Positions 1-10,218 of a DNA stretch of 64,000 nt are shown one piece after another. Origin of the DNA: a virus (Duplodnaviria > Caudoviricetes); IMG/VR virus record IMGVR_UViG_3300028888_000073, positions 53,950-117,949 of that record; one strand, 5' to 3'. A program made the translations under genes and the position numbers. The stretch's first letter is position 1; each line of letters begins with the position of its first letter. Under the pieces are notes generated by a model. That model searched no databases. It saw only the letters and a list, made by a program, of their open reading frames with translations, and was not told the DNA's origin.

Positions 1-1
1 G

Positions 2-85
2 AAATCTGATCTTCCTGATGAACCGGATAAGGAAAGAATTAAAGATTTTCTTATTGATGAAAATTACATATATTTAACTTACTGA
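2..85 (+). CDS. C-terminal fragment of a phage nucleotidyltransferase-like protein (5' part outside window)
   Basis: Frame 2 reads KSDLPDEPDKERIKDFLIDENYIYLTY*. SxLPxxPD is a typical C-terminus of phage pol-beta-family nucleotidyltransferases. It converges on the hairpin at 112-143. Confidence 0.45.
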   Translation, partial: KSDLPDEPDKERIKDFLIDENYIYLTY

Positions 86-111
86 ATATATTGAAAATAC
101 TAATAATTAAA

Positions 112-143
112 AACCCCTTGTGATAATTTCAACACAAGGGGTT
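112..143. terminator. Probable bidirectional intrinsic terminator
   Basis: Perfect 11-bp stem AACCCCTTGTG/CACAAGGGGTT between convergent genes, flanked by A/T tracts. Confidence 0.7.
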
Positions 144-159
144 AGATTTTATTGCTAAT

Positions 160-651
160 TTATGATAAGATATCAATATTTTCCAGTTTAGCTTCAATGA
201 GTTCTCTGATCTTTTCATTAAGCGCGTACATAAACTCTCCGTCATCGAACATCTGATTAACGTCATAATCTGATCCTGAGATGTCTGTAACATTTACAGA
301 AACAGAATACGATCCAATGAATTTTACATGTGCTTCACACTCAAGTTCACGTTCTTCCTCGAACGGAAACCACTCAATAGAACTCTTTCTAAAAAGTTCA
401 TTTTTGTACTTATTAAAGACTTCCGTTGCAAACTGATCAATGTACATATCAAATTCACAACAGAGTCCCACATACCCGCCAGAATCCCACATGGAGAATG
501 AGTCCTCATTGATAGATGCATAGTCACCAAACAGGTTTCTTACGTTATCCTCTGCAATTCTGTAGTATGCTTCCTGAGTTGATTCATCATCATAGTCAAT
601 GTAGTCATCATTTTCGTAATCTTTATAATCCTCATTAATTCGTAATACCAT
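160..651 (-). CDS. Acidic hypothetical protein with N-terminal LRINE leader
   Basis: 163-aa ORF with GAGG RBS and promoter at 699-727. Confidence 0.75.
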   Translation of the reverse strand: MVLRINEDYKDYENDDYIDYDDESTQEAYYRIAEDNVRNLFGDYASINEDSFSMWDSGGYVGLCCEFDMYIDQFATEVFNKYKNELFRKSSIEWFPFEEERELECEAHVKFIGSYSVSVNVTDISGSDYDVNQMFDDGEFMYALNEKIRELIEAKLENIDILS

Positions 652-698
652 TTCAAATCATCCTCTCTAAACAATTAAACGGCTTCACCTACAAATAT

Positions 699-727
699 AG
701 TATAACATATTATGAATAAAAAGTCAA
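699..727 (-). promoter_or_regulatory. Repeated sigmaA-type phage promoter, copy 1
   Basis: TTGACT-N17-TATACT with TGn extended -10, followed by ATATTTGT. Confidence 0.8.
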
Positions 728-758
728 TAGATTTTGAAAATGTTTATTCATTAACTAT

Positions 759-3530
759 TTATTTTCTTTCTAGGAAGCTATTATATGTCATATTAACTGT
801 AGGATTTACATAGACATCGAATCTATATCTTGAAACCTCTGCATGATATTTATTATTCATACTAAATAGTGTTTTTAGTTGTGGTGTGTTTGTAGGAACA
901 ACGTAGTTATTTTTCCTTATCATATAGATTGTCAACGGTTTCTGGTTATTATAGCATTCCTTTATCCAATTGATGAAATCTGCCTTTGTCTTTCCGGCAA
1001 AATAGTGTGAGTAAATATAAATGTCCTGCTGATCACTTGACTGCTCATTAAAACAAATATATTCAAACACAGATGATAGAAATTCTACAGAGATCGCGCT
1101 AGGCTCATTCTCTGTTAAAACCTCTAAGTAATTAGGACTGTTTTTAGTTACGTCAATATGAGGAACTATTGCAATATCGACAACGGAAGAAACATCGTTC
1201 GCAGTCTGCATAACCGCACTGTTTTTATAATTAACAAACATATCATCTTCCAGTTCGCGGCGAGTAAACACGTAATATGTTTCATCAGTTACGTTATAAT
1301 GAATTGGAATTTCAAACCCGTGCGGCTTGTATTCTCTTGTATGATAATCCTGAATCGTGTTACCTTCATCAGGCGCATCTGTAGATATATTTGTTGTCAT
1401 TACTTTGATATTAAAATCTACGCTATTTCCGACTTCTCCTGATACATTAAATGTGATAGAATTAACTGTCTTTCCGCCTATACCTGTTTCATCTGAATTA
1501 TAATCATCATAAATATCGGAAGAACTTTGACTGTCTATATTTATAAAATCTAGGTCTGCTCCGAATTTAAGTGATACAGAAACAGTAGAATCCGGATCAA
1601 TGTCGTTAATAATATATAGGCATCCGTGTCCGTTATTTTGTATAGAATCTGGAATAGTCATTGAATCCATAAGCTGTAAGCTAAGTTCTGAATCCGTTCC
1701 TGTAAGTGTTCCGCTGATATGATAATTTCCAAAACCATCACACGTTATAGATAGTCCATTATCAGTAATTGCGTGGTCAGTATCAACCACATCACTTGAC
1801 GGTAGGATGTTGTATGTTGCATCACCAACTCCGTGAAGTCCTGTAGTTTTTCCAAATACTGTATAATCAAGTATCGGTGTTTCTACGTTATTAACCCCTG
1901 TTGGTTGGTTTAATGAAACAGAGTTACCAAGTCCGGTAATAGTAACTTCTTGTGATGGTTCTCCGGATATTGTTGAATCGCTGATCTCAATTGACGTGCT
2001 AGGTTTGAAATAATTACATAGAACAGAATCATCAGTATTTATATATTTTCCATGAGTGCTGTCTTTAATGCCGATAACCGTAACTCCTGAAGATGTAGTG
2101 TATTCAACAAAATCATCTGGAAAACAATTATACAGGATTCCGTCCTCTTTTCTCATTATGCCACCGGTTTCATCTACAACATATTCAACCTTTGCAACCT
2201 TATAGATTGCTTCACCATTCGCACTACTTAGTGAATCAACATAATCACCTATCTTTGCAAGTGGTTCTTCTAGTTCTATATCATTGAAGATAGGCGCAAT
2301 CATATTGTATTTATTGAGAATTGAATCTGTCGGGTTGAATTTCATAACGATAGGACGTACTACAATATCACCGACATTCTTATAAGCAGTATTAAATTCT
2401 ATAACAATATCTATTTCAGAATTATTAACCATTTGTAATAGATATGATGGTTTACTAGGAGTAGGTAAAAATGTGCCGATATTGTTTGAATCTTTATCAA
2501 AAATGTGCATCTTGTAGAAATAGTTTGTTACAGTGTTATTCGCCGTAGGTCCGCATGGTAATGCATATATGAAATAATTACCTTTATTCAGTTTCAGTTT
2601 ATTCTGATTAAGCCTGTATAGTGTCGGAATGCTAAATTGTAATGATGTAAGATCATCACCGTTACCAGTCCTGTGTATAACAATATCACCATTTAATTTA
2701 GTAATACAGTTGTAGTTATCTGATAGAGTTGTAGTAGTCTCAGATACTATCTTTGGCTTGATAAGATTATTATATTCTGTGCTGATCTGAATATATGATT
2801 TATCAGCTTCACGATAGAACATATCCCTCATACCATGTGAAATCTCAATATCACAAGTTCCGCCAGAGTTTGTTATAATGTCATCTCCTAGCATGAATTC
2901 TATCTTCTTGATCGTTTCATCAACATATACACTGTAATCAAGATTAAATCTTTTAGATCGAACATTGGGGAAATAATATCTGTCAGATTGATATCCTCCG
3001 CATAAACCGCAAGATATTCCATAATTTGAATCATTTTCCCACATCTTTATTATGTGATCATCTCTCAGGTCAGCATTAGTATGTAGTGCATCGCCGCTGT
3101 CAGGATTCTGATAGCTTCCGCATACAATATTGCGTAATTTAATCCTTATAGTTATTCCAGAACACTCTTTATTTAATATCGTAAGTGGCTCACTCATTGG
3201 TAAACTTATACGATAATTAACAATCGCTTTTGATCTGTTCCCAACTGAATTTATCGGATTTTCAAGTAATGGTTGTGTTGCATAATCATATGTTTGTAGA
3301 GTATTACCAATGATAGTATATGATTCTACTGGATCGCCTATTGTTTCTAATCTCATACCATCATTCACGTTGTTTCCATTTATACACTTAACAACAACTG
3401 AACCAGTAGATACTTTCCAACCTCTAATAAAGAACAGTCTATTTTTATTGTACTTATATTTCACACTTCGGTCATTGTGAAATACAAATCCAACCTTTTT
3501 ATCATTTTTAATTATCATTAGTATCACCAC
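759..3530 (-). CDS. Large beta-rich virion/receptor-binding-type protein
   Basis: 923 aa. Shares the EPLAKIGDYxDxL module with 3704..7213 and lies in a tail-like gene cluster. Confidence 0.55.
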   Translation of the reverse strand: MVILMIIKNDKKVGFVFHNDRSVKYKYNKNRLFFIRGWKVSTGSVVVKCINGNNVNDGMRLETIGDPVESYTIIGNTLQTYDYATQPLLENPINSVGNRSKAIVNYRISLPMSEPLTILNKECSGITIRIKLRNIVCGSYQNPDSGDALHTNADLRDDHIIKMWENDSNYGISCGLCGGYQSDRYYFPNVRSKRFNLDYSVYVDETIKKIEFMLGDDIITNSGGTCDIEISHGMRDMFYREADKSYIQISTEYNNLIKPKIVSETTTTLSDNYNCITKLNGDIVIHRTGNGDDLTSLQFSIPTLYRLNQNKLKLNKGNYFIYALPCGPTANNTVTNYFYKMHIFDKDSNNIGTFLPTPSKPSYLLQMVNNSEIDIVIEFNTAYKNVGDIVVRPIVMKFNPTDSILNKYNMIAPIFNDIELEEPLAKIGDYVDSLSSANGEAIYKVAKVEYVVDETGGIMRKEDGILYNCFPDDFVEYTTSSGVTVIGIKDSTHGKYINTDDSVLCNYFKPSTSIEISDSTISGEPSQEVTITGLGNSVSLNQPTGVNNVETPILDYTVFGKTTGLHGVGDATYNILPSSDVVDTDHAITDNGLSITCDGFGNYHISGTLTGTDSELSLQLMDSMTIPDSIQNNGHGCLYIINDIDPDSTVSVSLKFGADLDFINIDSQSSSDIYDDYNSDETGIGGKTVNSITFNVSGEVGNSVDFNIKVMTTNISTDAPDEGNTIQDYHTREYKPHGFEIPIHYNVTDETYYVFTRRELEDDMFVNYKNSAVMQTANDVSSVVDIAIVPHIDVTKNSPNYLEVLTENEPSAISVEFLSSVFEYICFNEQSSDQQDIYIYSHYFAGKTKADFINWIKECYNNQKPLTIYMIRKNNYVVPTNTPQLKTLFSMNNKYHAEVSRYRFDVYVNPTVNMTYNSFLERK

Positions 3531-3667
3531 TATGTAAGTTTCAAATCTTCCAAAGTAGCAATTTAATACTACTGTGGATAAAATAATCTTCCATCATATT
3601 TTTAATTATTCATTTTTTTTATAATCTGAGAATTGTTCCACTCTTATTATTTTTTGTAATGTACGCT

Positions 3668-3703
3668 TCGCGTAAGCCGCCCTAACGGACGGCGATTACG
3701 CGA
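3668..3703 (-). other. GC-rich hairpin immediately after the stop codon (DGR target-recognition hairpin candidate)
   Basis: TCGCGTAA/TTACGCGA outer stem plus GCCGTCC-GTTA-GGGCGGC inner stem on the minus strand, directly 3' of the VR-like region. Confidence 0.65.
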
Positions 3704-3836
3704 TCACTGGATGATGTGAGCGGGGGCGACTCCTAGGTTACGGTCAGCATTGTTGTTGCTCAAAGCACCAGAAGCGTTACAATTTCGGAAATAGTGAGCG
3801 TAAGTCGGGTACGGAGTTCTAAGCCACCAAGAATAA
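3704..3836 (-). other. Putative DGR variable region (VR)
   Basis: Codons TAC, TAC, CAC, TAT, TTC, AAT, AAC, AGC, AAC AAC AAT, GAC, AAC (AAY-derived pattern) and elevated GC, unlike the rest of the gene. Confidence 0.65.
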
Positions 3837-6800
3837 GCAACTCCATTATCAATTCTATGTTTTATTCTATCATCATTTGTATTATGTGTATTATAATAAT
3901 CTAATAATGTTCCAATATTAGGTGTTGCAGATAGACCAACTTCTGTATGTGATAGTAAAAATACTTTATCTGTGTTTATCTTATATTCTGTATTTAGTGT
4001 AAATGTTCTTCCGTCTAATGAAGGATATTCAAATATATTATTTGTTATATGAGTAATTTCAGGTGTTGCTAGTACATTTACAAAATCTTCATTTAATGAT
4101 CTTAAATAACCGTTTATTGATCTGCTTCCATAAGGTCTATCGAATATAGTAGTTGGATGCCACCAGTTATTTTCCGCAAGGTCTGTATTTAGTAATTGTC
4201 TAAGACCGGATTGATAATAATTGTTTGAACCATATCTTGCACGATGAATATGATTTAGTTTACCATATGCACTGTCAGGATCATTATTTGATAGTTTTAT
4301 TGTTCCTAAATCAATTGCTTCCGGTGATTCACCTTCAACCCATTCTGATAACTGTAATGCATTAAATCCAGTTATTGCTGTTGTTTTTGTTTGCGGATTC
4401 GGACCAGCATATGCTGTAACAGTGCTTGGTAGTTGTTGATATGCCCATGACAATGTTATTTGACTATCAACTGGAACGCTTGCAGTTGATGTAAAATAAT
4501 ATGTTTTATTACCGCCATATGCTGTATCATAGTTAGGTATTTTGAATTTATATGTTCCGGGTTGCATTTCAACAGTTGTATATAAAAATGCTTCTGTTGC
4601 GTCAAATTGCCACGGTCCGGATAGATTTAACTGACAAAGCGTCATGCTGTGCGTGTATCCTCGCGCCGTCAGTGATGGATCAAAATGTTTATCATACCCT
4701 ACAACTTGGAATGCTCTTCCTGTTGTTTCATCTTCATTGTCATATAAGATTGTTCCAACTGGGAATTTTGTTTGAGCCAATCCACTTCTAACATCTTCTC
4801 TGATTTTACCCCAATATGTGTACCTTATATGTCCATCAATAGTTACATCGTATGGTGCAAGATCAGTATCAACTGTTATCTTATTCTGTCCTACAGTTGT
4901 TGGAATTTCCGGTGGAGTATAAACTGTAACTGCATATGTACCACCAGTTTCTTCTTTTCCATTCCATTTTGGTATACTTGGATGTTCAGGAGTTGGAGTG
5001 CTAATTTGTGTTAAATATCCTTCTATTTCTCCTGTCATTCCTGTTGGAATTGAGACTGTTTCTGTTTCCGGTTCGGAAAGAACATACCAGACTGTTATCG
5101 GTGTTCCTGCGGCGTATTGAGCGGCAAGGTATTGCCTGAAAGCCGCCACGTCTGTGCAGTCGTCAAGTCGGAATGAAAATGCCGTCGAGCCGACGTAAAA
5201 CTCCCCGTCGATGAGAGTTGCAACGGTTCCGTTTCGCACAAAATGCGATGACGTTCCGTATCCGACCGTTGAGCTGGGCCAACCGTTTCCGCCAATTGAG
5301 AAAGAATAGCTATTTTCCGGAGATGTACGCTTGTTGATACTTATTTCCTCCCCCGTCAATACCAATTTCTTAATCTTCCTAGTAATAACACCAGTAGAAA
5401 GATTCAAAATATCTTTATAATCTCCAATACCGTATAGTGGAGCAGATAAGCCATTAACTTTAATTGTTGTTAGTTCATCTGCATAGTCTCCTATTTTTGC
5501 TAATGGTTCGTTGACGATACCTGTCTGCTCTATATTAAGTGCATACCACAATAGAACACCTGACATTGCAGACTTAAACTCTTCGGCTGTCATTTCTTCA
5601 AATCCTGTTTTGTTAATTGAGATATATGATTGATTGTTGATTGACGCGCACAAAGAGTATGGTGTAGAATTATAATTGTTTGCCGAAACAACTTTGAAAT
5701 GCGAGCAAATAGCCGGTGCGATTTGTGAATTATTGACAACTTTTCCGTTACCTAAATTTGCACCGAAATTACCAGAATTTGTTTTTGTGTAAGTAAGCGT
5801 ACCTAGATCGACACATTTAATTCTTCTTATAGTAGGAACTTCACCTAGATATATAGGAGTTGTTTTATTTAGATATGGAGAATATGGTAATGCTGTACTT
5901 CCGGAATTTAGCATTAAATACGTGCCTAAATTATCAGAAACCACAAAAGTTAAAATGTAATCAGATAGTAATGTTATAGTTATTGTATGAAAAACACCTG
6001 ATTGTGGTCCGATTGCCAATCCATCCCATAATGTATAATAACCTGACGTGTATGTGATTGTATCATCTACGTTTAATTGTATATGGTTCATATCGAATAC
6101 TTGTATAATTGGAAGTTTACCATCAGAAGAAATTGTATATGTTCCCGCTTTCAAAACTATCGCATTGTCTGGATTATATTTTTTATAATCATTTGCATAA
6201 ACATATTTAGGAACACCCTTATCCCACAAATTCTTTCCATTATTATCAAAAGATATTTTATATCCATATGGTTCAAATGGAAGAAGTGACTGCCCTGTAT
6301 TACACATAGCATTTTGAATGGTATCAGGATTTCTAACAGCAACAAAACCGTTAATTGGTGATGCAATATCCCTAAAAGAATCTACAACACGGCTACTATC
6401 GAACGAAATTGAACCGATCACAGGCTCATCTTCAAAGAATGCATATACATAACCATTACCAGTATATTGTATTCCTTGTTCTACTTTTGCTATGTATAAA
6501 TCGAATCCTGATAACGCAGTAATTACACCACTATCAGATATATTAGCACCTTCGATTTTTTTGAAATACAAATTTTCTGTTCTAACACCACAAAATTCCG
6601 GAACAATCGGCGCGTCAGGTGTAGGTGTTCCATTTTGAACGCCATTACCTAAAAGTGATTTTACTTTGACAGGAAGACCATAACCTTTGAATGGTAGAGT
6701 TCCTGTAGTTGTTTGTAGTTCATCTTCTCTTCCCCATATAAGTCTATCTTGATTATCTCTTACTTCCCATCCATTTTGATATCCGTAGGGTTCGTAGGGG

Positions 6801-7213
6801 AGAGCTTTTGAACCGAGGTTGATCATGATACTGTCTTTAATTTCGTTTTCAGTCAATGAGTCATAGCTTGCATGATAGTAGAAAATTACCAAATATGATG
6901 CATCATTTCCTGTTGTTATTGTAATTTTTGTTGCTTCATTGTTTGTTATAACGCCGTAAAAATCCTCACCGATTGCAGGAATAGTTTTCGTGTAAGCAAC
7001 TATAAATCGTTCGCTTTGAATTTTCGATATAGTATATGTAGTGTTTGGCATACACGGTGCATATGTCGTTCTTGTATTAGGACTTGGTGATATTATATTA
7101 CTCACTGATGGATATGCGTTCAAAGATATAATACTTTTGTCAAACAAATTCTTCCCTTTCATAGGAATACTTACAATATCATGTTCAGCACCATTAACAA
7201 TGCTTTTAAGCAT
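3704..7213 (-). CDS. Modular tail-fibre/receptor-binding protein with C-terminal DUF6273/CLec-like DGR target domain
   Basis: Repeated KNLxxK...GSxALPYEPY modules. C-terminus DKVFLLSxxEV...WWLRTP...GVAPA is typical of Firmicute phage DGR targets. Confidence 0.75.
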   Translation of the reverse strand: MLKSIVNGAEHDIVSIPMKGKNLFDKSIISLNAYPSVSNIISPSPNTRTTYAPCMPNTTYTISKIQSERFIVAYTKTIPAIGEDFYGVITNNEATKITITTGNDASYLVIFYYHASYDSLTENEIKDSIMINLGSKALPYEPYGYQNGWEVRDNQDRLIWGREDELQTTTGTLPFKGYGLPVKVKSLLGNGVQNGTPTPDAPIVPEFCGVRTENLYFKKIEGANISDSGVITALSGFDLYIAKVEQGIQYTGNGYVYAFFEDEPVIGSISFDSSRVVDSFRDIASPINGFVAVRNPDTIQNAMCNTGQSLLPFEPYGYKISFDNNGKNLWDKGVPKYVYANDYKKYNPDNAIVLKAGTYTISSDGKLPIIQVFDMNHIQLNVDDTITYTSGYYTLWDGLAIGPQSGVFHTITITLLSDYILTFVVSDNLGTYLMLNSGSTALPYSPYLNKTTPIYLGEVPTIRRIKCVDLGTLTYTKTNSGNFGANLGNGKVVNNSQIAPAICSHFKVVSANNYNSTPYSLCASINNQSYISINKTGFEEMTAEEFKSAMSGVLLWYALNIEQTGIVNEPLAKIGDYADELTTIKVNGLSAPLYGIGDYKDILNLSTGVITRKIKKLVLTGEEISINKRTSPENSYSFSIGGNGWPSSTVGYGTSSHFVRNGTVATLIDGEFYVGSTAFSFRLDDCTDVAAFRQYLAAQYAAGTPITVWYVLSEPETETVSIPTGMTGEIEGYLTQISTPTPEHPSIPKWNGKEETGGTYAVTVYTPPEIPTTVGQNKITVDTDLAPYDVTIDGHIRYTYWGKIREDVRSGLAQTKFPVGTILYDNEDETTGRAFQVVGYDKHFDPSLTARGYTHSMTLCQLNLSGPWQFDATEAFLYTTVEMQPGTYKFKIPNYDTAYGGNKTYYFTSTASVPVDSQITLSWAYQQLPSTVTAYAGPNPQTKTTAITGFNALQLSEWVEGESPEAIDLGTIKLSNNDPDSAYGKLNHIHRARYGSNNYYQSGLRQLLNTDLAENNWWHPTTIFDRPYGSRSINGYLRSLNEDFVNVLATPEITHITNNIFEYPSLDGRTFTLNTEYKINTDKVFLLSHTEVGLSATPNIGTLLDYYNTHNTNDDRIKHRIDNGVAYSWWLRTPYPTYAHYFRNCNASGALSNNNADRNLGVAPAHIIQ

Positions 7214-7231
7214 TATATATTCACCTCTCTT

Positions 7232-8275
7232 TTAATCATATATAAAATATAAAGGTAAATCTTTATTTGTTATTGCATCATACTCAGCTTGTGTTAGTGG
7301 AGTAAATAATCTTGATAATAATGCATTTTGTACAGGTTTTGTAGAATTTGTATCTAATGCTGAATCTGTAACAACTGAAATATCAATAGTTCCACTTGAT
7401 GTTATTGGAGAACCTGTTATTGTAACTGATCCATCTGTACTTGTTACTGCAACATTAGTTACTGTTCCACTTGGTTCATCGCCGGACGGAATTAAAACCC
7501 AAGTTGTGCCATCAGAAATAAAAGTATCTCCGATCTTAGCAGTTTGTTCCGCGTATGTTCCGTCAGTAATTACTTTATAAGTAAATCCTTTATTCTCATT
7601 AGAAGCTGTTGGAAGTGTTGTAATAGTTCCGCCAGTACCAAGACTGCCCTTAAATATCATAGGCTTTGGAAGATTATCTATTTTTGTATTAACTGTATTT
7701 ACATTTCCTTGTACTTCATCAATAGCACTTTGAACATTTGTTGCAGAAATACCAGAAGATGTTCCATCATAAGAAACGTCAGATGCAGTAGGTGTACTTC
7801 CGCCACCACCGCCAGATGTTCCACTACTACTTACGTTAGAATCATCAAACAATATCTTGATTGGAAATGTATCAGTGCTAGACCACAACGCACCGTCTTC
7901 AATTCCATTAGCAATCAATCCATTGTGAGCATCAACAGCATTACGGTCAAACATAGGAGTAACTACTAATTCAAAACTACTAGGAATATTGTATATTGCT
8001 AGACTATATGGTTCAATATTCAAATCTGAATCAGTTTCTTTATTAGTTTCTCTATCAATTGTTTCCATATTTACATTAAAATCCGCATAAACTGTTCCAT
8101 TATATAGGATTGTAAAATTGATGTTTGGAAGTTCAAATAGCATTTGTTTTGTCCAAATTTGTGTAAGAATTAATGACAGCGTTCCACAGTTATTACTTGC
8201 TGTAATATTTGATGTGATCATGCTGTCTGTCTTACTAATAGATGATAGAATTGTTGTCTGTGCCACAAAAATCAA
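7232..8275 (-). CDS. Tail fibre-like structural protein
   Basis: Gly/Ser linker, ASDVSYD...ATNVQSAIDEV and FKGS...TLPTA...GxTYKV fibre motifs. N-terminal domain is paralogous to 8906..9340. Confidence 0.6.
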   Translation of the reverse strand: MIFVAQTTILSSISKTDSMITSNITASNNCGTLSLILTQIWTKQMLFELPNINFTILYNGTVYADFNVNMETIDRETNKETDSDLNIEPYSLAIYNIPSSFELVVTPMFDRNAVDAHNGLIANGIEDGALWSSTDTFPIKILFDDSNVSSSGTSGGGGGSTPTASDVSYDGTSSGISATNVQSAIDEVQGNVNTVNTKIDNLPKPMIFKGSLGTGGTITTLPTASNENKGFTYKVITDGTYAEQTAKIGDTFISDGTTWVLIPSGDEPSGTVTNVAVTSTDGSVTITGSPITSSGTIDISVVTDSALDTNSTKPVQNALLSRLFTPLTQAEYDAITNKDLPLYFIYD

Positions 8276-8279
8276 CTCC

Positions 8280-8900
8280 TTATAATCTTATATGTAGTTT
8301 TCTATAGGATTCTGATTTTTCGGGTGATCCGTCATTTTCGGCTTTTCTAACACCGCGCTTTTCCTGCTTATATAAATCCTCTTGATAATCTTGAATCCTG
8401 TGCATCATTTCATTTGCACAAACAATGAACGTCTTACCAACCATATCAACTGTACGTTCTTTCGGTGTCGGATTTGTCTTGTTTGCATCAATTTCAGGAT
8501 GATCAGTGAATCTGAATTTTACAGCTTTATACAAATCTTCATGCTGTTTATAAAATTCAATACCTTGCCTACTAGACGGTTCAAATGTAACGTATATATA
8601 CATAGACAGCCCGAAGTATGGTGATGGATCAATCTGTATCTCTTTTACGCCGTTAAGTGCAAGAACCTTACTTCTCCAAGCCTTTACAAACTCTTTAATA
8701 TCATTCTTGATTTCTATGATTTTAGGATTCTTAGCATACTCTTTTCTCTTTTCCTTAGTATCTACATACGGTTCTATAAACTGTGTAACATAATTTTTAC
8801 ACTTCTTGATCTTGTCAGTTTTCTTTAGATATTCTAGTAGTGCTTCTGCGAAACATCTTCCACTAAGTTCATATAGCATATCTTCTCTTATCAGTTTCAA
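8280..8900 (-). CDS. Hypothetical protein with N-terminal KLIRE leader
   Basis: ORF track 8280..8909. The GTG at 8909 is part of the GAGGTG RBS, so TTG at 8900 is the likelier start. Confidence 0.7.
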   Translation of the reverse strand: MKLIREDMLYELSGRCFAEALLEYLKKTDKIKKCKNYVTQFIEPYVDTKEKRKEYAKNPKIIEIKNDIKEFVKAWRSKVLALNGVKEIQIDPSPYFGLSMYIYVTFEPSSRQGIEFYKQHEDLYKAVKFRFTDHPEIDANKTNPTPKERTVDMVGKTFIVCANEMMHRIQDYQEDLYKQEKRGVRKAENDGSPEKSESYRKLHIRL

Positions 8901-8905
8901 TATAA

Positions 8906-9340
8906 TCACACCTCTTCAAAACTAATTGTAATCGGGAAAATCTGTGTTTTAGTATCCCAAATACTTCCTTCCTCAATCCCATTTTCAATTAGAGTATTCC
9001 TTGCCGGAACAGCGTTGTTATCAAAAATAGGAGCGACAACAACTGTACATGATGTTGGTATGTTTTTTACAGATGTACATATCTTGACAGTATCTTGTAG
9101 TAGGTACTCATCACCATAAGTTTTAATTAAATACTCAAACACTTTGTATTTACAGTTTGTTCCGTCTTGATCTGTATAAATATTTATTTTGACTGCCGGA
9201 AGTTCGTAAAACATCTGAGATGTCCAGTTTGATATCTCAACAATAAAATATCCAGAACATGATTGAGTTGTTATATCTGCTGATAATTGAGTAGTGTCAT
9301 TTCTATCAATTTCAGTTATAATGGTAGTCATTTTTATCAC
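8906..9340 (-). CDS. Hypothetical structural protein, paralog of the N-terminal domain of 7232..8275
   Basis: Shared WTxQMxxELP and PxFDxNAVxAxNxLIxNGIExGxxW...FPIxIxF motifs. Confidence 0.7.
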   Translation of the reverse strand: MIKMTTIITEIDRNDTTQLSADITTQSCSGYFIVEISNWTSQMFYELPAVKINIYTDQDGTNCKYKVFEYLIKTYGDEYLLQDTVKICTSVKNIPTSCTVVVAPIFDNNAVPARNTLIENGIEEGSIWDTKTQIFPITISFEEV

Positions 9341-9350
9341 CTCTAAAGAA

Positions 9351-9644
9351 TCACATATCTAATTCTTTTCGTATTTTTGCTGTTAAGTTATATAAATAGG
9401 TAAGACATTTATCTTCTGTTGAAAAAATTTGTCTAGGCTCTCGGAAAATAAAATAATTGTCAGCACAGTCCACTACCATCTTTCTAGCAACAATGCAGAC
9501 AGATATAGATATAATCCTTTTTCCGGAAGTGATTGACACAGAAACACATGTATTGTAATCCTCCGTCAATATTATTGATCTATCAAATGCAGAAAGAAGA
9601 TAGTTCCTTACATTGATAACTGTATTACACCTATTAAAAAACAT
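9351..9644 (-). CDS. Hypothetical protein
   Basis: 97-aa ORF packed between neighbours. Confidence 0.55.
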   Translation of the reverse strand: MFFNRCNTVINVRNYLLSAFDRSIILTEDYNTCVSVSITSGKRIISISVCIVARKMVVDCADNYFIFREPRQIFSTEDKCLTYLYNLTAKIRKELDM

Positions 9645-9672
9645 AATACATCACATCTTCACATAAGTATGA

Positions 9673-10053
9673 TTAGTTTGGGGGAGTATCATCATTTTGT
9701 TCAAGATCACCAGTTCCATATATATTTAAGAAATGTGCAAACGGTAGCGGATCATCTACAACATGCTGAAGGAAATACTGTAATACCCACTGCGCTTGCA
9801 ATGCACCACCAATATCACCCTCACAGTCAATGTCACCTCTAAAGAACCAACCGTCATCTGTTGTTTTGTATTCTGTTGATGATCTTACAAAATCTATCAA
9901 TTCATCAATGTTATCGTATCCACCAATAACAATAGCTTCTAGGAATACGGAAAGTAGAATCTGACCATCAAGTGCCTTAATTTCTCCATCACCATCAACG
10001 TCACCTAAAATGCTATACCCGTTGACAACATCAAATCTATATTCACTGCTCAT
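9673..10053 (-). CDS. Two-repeat dockerin type I-like protein without signal peptide
   Basis: GDVDGDGEIKALDGQILL and GDIDCEGDIGGALQAQWVLQYF Ca-loop/helix repeats, with GAGGTG RBS. Confidence 0.7.
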   Translation of the reverse strand: MSSEYRFDVVNGYSILGDVDGDGEIKALDGQILLSVFLEAIVIGGYDNIDELIDFVRSSTEYKTTDDGWFFRGDIDCEGDIGGALQAQWVLQYFLQHVVDDPLPFAHFLNIYGTGDLEQNDDTPPN

Positions 10054-10218
10054 ACATAACACCTCAATCTTTATATATTGTATAGTATAATGTAGTCAAG
10101 TTTTACTGTTTTTGAGATAAAAAATCTTTTCTTATCACATATCATCATTCGCACATATAGCAAAAAAATACACACGCCGAATAATAGCGTGTGCATCTTG
10201 ATATTTATTTTGTTAAAT

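Noticed and set aside
5095-5295. Separate 66-aa gene within the GC-rich segment
   Set aside because: Alternative frame inside the 1169-aa gene, a by-product of high local GC
10084-10100. Additional copy of the repeated promoter
   Set aside because: TATACT is present but TTGACT lies only about 4 bp away, not 17
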